Shown one piece after another: positions 62,093 through 64,000 of a stretch of DNA of 64,000 bases. The notes beneath the pieces were generated by a model. It worked only from the letters and a program-made list of their open reading frames with translations, ran no database searches and was not told the DNA's origin. Both the position numbers and the translations under genes were made by a program. Source of the DNA: Lama guanicoe (lineage: Eukaryota); NCBI GenBank assembly GCA_013239625.1, contig MU054400.1:3907802-3971801 (forward strand), read 5' to 3'. Every line of letters starts with the position of its first letter. The first letter of the stretch is position 1.

Positions 62093-62264
62093 CACTGCCA
62101 GATAAAGTACATGATGTACTGTTAAGTTTGAATTCCAGGTAAATAATGGATACTTATTTCTTGTAAGCGTGTCCTATGCAATATTTGGGACTAAAATTTA
62201 TTTTTTTTATCTAGAGTTCAAATGTAACTAGATGTATTTTTATTTGTTAAATCTGGCACCCCTA
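62093..62264. mobile_element. MER53-like hAT MITE (near complete)
   Basis: Inverted ends 'tgccagat' / 'atctggca'; centre 'gtcctatgcaatatttgggac'; arms 'gttaagtttgaattc' / 'gagttcaaatgtaact'. Confidence 0.85.
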
Positions 62265-62679
62265 TTTCCAAAGGGCAATTTTTCCTCTGAGAGTGAGACA
62301 GACACTTACTGAAGTCTTAGATTTTTCTTACTGGTGTTGTCATTATTCTTTTGGACTTCAATTAAATTCACAGGGATGCCTGGGTTTTTACAGCTCCCAT
62401 TCCTTTATCGAACTGGAAGCAGGTTTCATTATTTCTGCTTAAAAAAAAAATTGGGCAGCCAGAATACTCCCCCATTTGTAAGTTACCATTCAGTTTTTCC
62501 TTAGTTGAACATGCAATGTAAATGCTGCAGTAATTTGCCAAGTTGGTTCTCTGAGGATTTTTACAGATGAGGAAACACATTAAATAAAAATAAAGGACGC
62601 TTTTTAAAGGCTGTAATAGGACCACATATGTTCAATAATACATGTGTGGTGATATTACAGGTTCTGTTTCCAGGATAGG

Positions 62680-62790
62680 AACTAGCTGTGTGACCTTAAG
62701 CAAAGCACTTAATGTCTCTGGGTCTTATTTTCTCCTTTTATAAAATGAGCTGGCTGCAAACTTTTAAGGTCCATTCTGACTCTTTTATTC
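62680..62790 (+). mobile_element. MIR3/MIR fragment
   Basis: 'actagctgtgtgacctt.agcaa.gcacttaa.gtctctgggtc...tttctcctttataaaatgag'. Confidence 0.75.
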
Positions 62791-63499
62791 CACTGAAAAT
62801 ATGTAATTTTTCCAATAGTCCTGTGCTGTACCATTTCTGATTTGGTAACTTGGGAGTCTGCCTCCGTGGGAAGCTGGGAGAAGGGAATTTCCAGGCACAC
62901 AAGGATGCCTCCAGTGAGTATGACTAGCAGTTGCTTTATCACTCCAGGAACAGCAGCCTGTTTTCGCAGCAGCTCTTTCTTACTTGCTTATTCCATTTGT
63001 TCATGTAGCCAACCTTTGCGTAGTTGTGAGGGTTTGAGAAACCAGAAAGTAAAAGATAGGGTCTCTGTCTCACTCTAGTGGGTGGGGGGTAAGGATGGCT
63101 GTGGAGAGAGACAAAGAGCAAGTCAGAACCACGTGGTCAGTATTAGGCTGGAGACAACGGTGTTGTATTATGAAACACAGCACATATGACTGATATTAAG
63201 GAAGCTGTTTTCCTAGTCGTTGCTGATTGAATTCACTATAAATTCTAGTATCTCTGGTATCTGGATACTCTGATTAGATGCAGTGTCAGCATCACATTAC
63301 TAGCTCCCATTGCCGTGTCACGTGTGGGCACGTGAGCTGGTGCATGTGTGTGCACAGTACTCACCTGAAAGCTTTCTAGGGATTTATGTGTGTAGAAGAA
63401 AGGACAGAGAGGATGAAGAAAGCAGAGATGCTGTTCAAAAGAGCCACCTTCTTGTCTCCTATTTTTCTACTCTCTGTTTATTACTAAGATAAAGAATTT

Positions 63500-63680
63500 T
63501 TAAAGAGTAGCCAAAATTGATGAAATACTTATGTGTTAATCATTGACTTAAATGTGTTGCACACATTCACTTCATTAATTTCCTCTACAACTCAATGCAA
63601 TAGAAACTACCAGTAACCCATTTTATAGGTGAGGAAACTTAGGGATAAAGGGTTTTTTTTGCTTATATGCTCAAGGTTTT
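63500..63680 (-). mobile_element. MIR
   Basis: 'ttcattaatt.cctctacaac', 'cccattttataggtgaggaaactt'. Confidence 0.75.
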
Positions 63681-64000
63681 GTATGTCCCCCACCTTTTTT
63701 TTTTTAGATTAGAAATCCCTCTACTATCATTACAATGTAATTGGTTCAGGTCTAAAAAATACATTCAGTATTTTTCTGAGGGCTTCTATGTCCTAAGAAA
63801 TTAATGACTAAGCTTTTGTGCAATATTCCTTATATCTGGCTTTGTGTATCTCAAATGCAATGCTTTACATTACAACTGTTTTTTGTATTTTCCCAAGATC
63901 CAACTGACTAGTTTTTTTCCTCATTATTTCAGAGGGGGTGGTAAGTATGCAATGTGTATTTCTCTCCCTCACCCCCAACCCCAGAAGATGGATCAGTGTA

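Noticed and set aside
63359..63420. 11-nt minus-strand microexon-like segment (ccctag|AAAGCTTTCAG|gtgagt)
   Set aside because: The pyrimidine tract is displaced from the AG, the length is not frame-preserving, and there is no other support
1..64000. CRISPR arrays, operons or prokaryotic defence systems
   Set aside because: The sequence is mammalian; no regularly spaced repeat-spacer array or dense coding region is present

Overview
This is mammalian, repeat-rich, CpG-depleted non-coding DNA, most likely camelid (alpaca/llama/camel). The assignment rests on three tRNA-Ala-derived SINEs of the camelid vic-1 type and no visible Alu, B1/B2, BovB/Bov-tA or PRE-1. I recognise no protein-coding gene, RNA gene, CRISPR array or prokaryote-type system. 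The only ORFs I can assign to a known protein are decayed LINE-1 ORF2 C-terminal fragments. Much of the window is transposon remnants: L1 3' ends, L2, MIR, MaLR/ERV/Gypsy LTRs, and hAT and Tigger MITEs. Most L1 pieces lie on the minus strand, suggesting an intron of a large plus-strand gene that I cannot name. The unique segments hold the best leads: candidate splice-site-bounded exons (an 8-nt microexon at 63933-63940, a 74-nt non-coding exon at 18546-18619, a 215-nt antisense exon at 53852-54066), a near-perfect 52-bp hairpin, a close inverted L1 pair, and homeodomain/MEIS, E-box and CTCF motif clusters. None of this amounts to a demonstrated new biological system. Repeat subfamily names are from memory of consensus sequences, and their boundaries are approximate unless target-site duplications (TSDs) are given.
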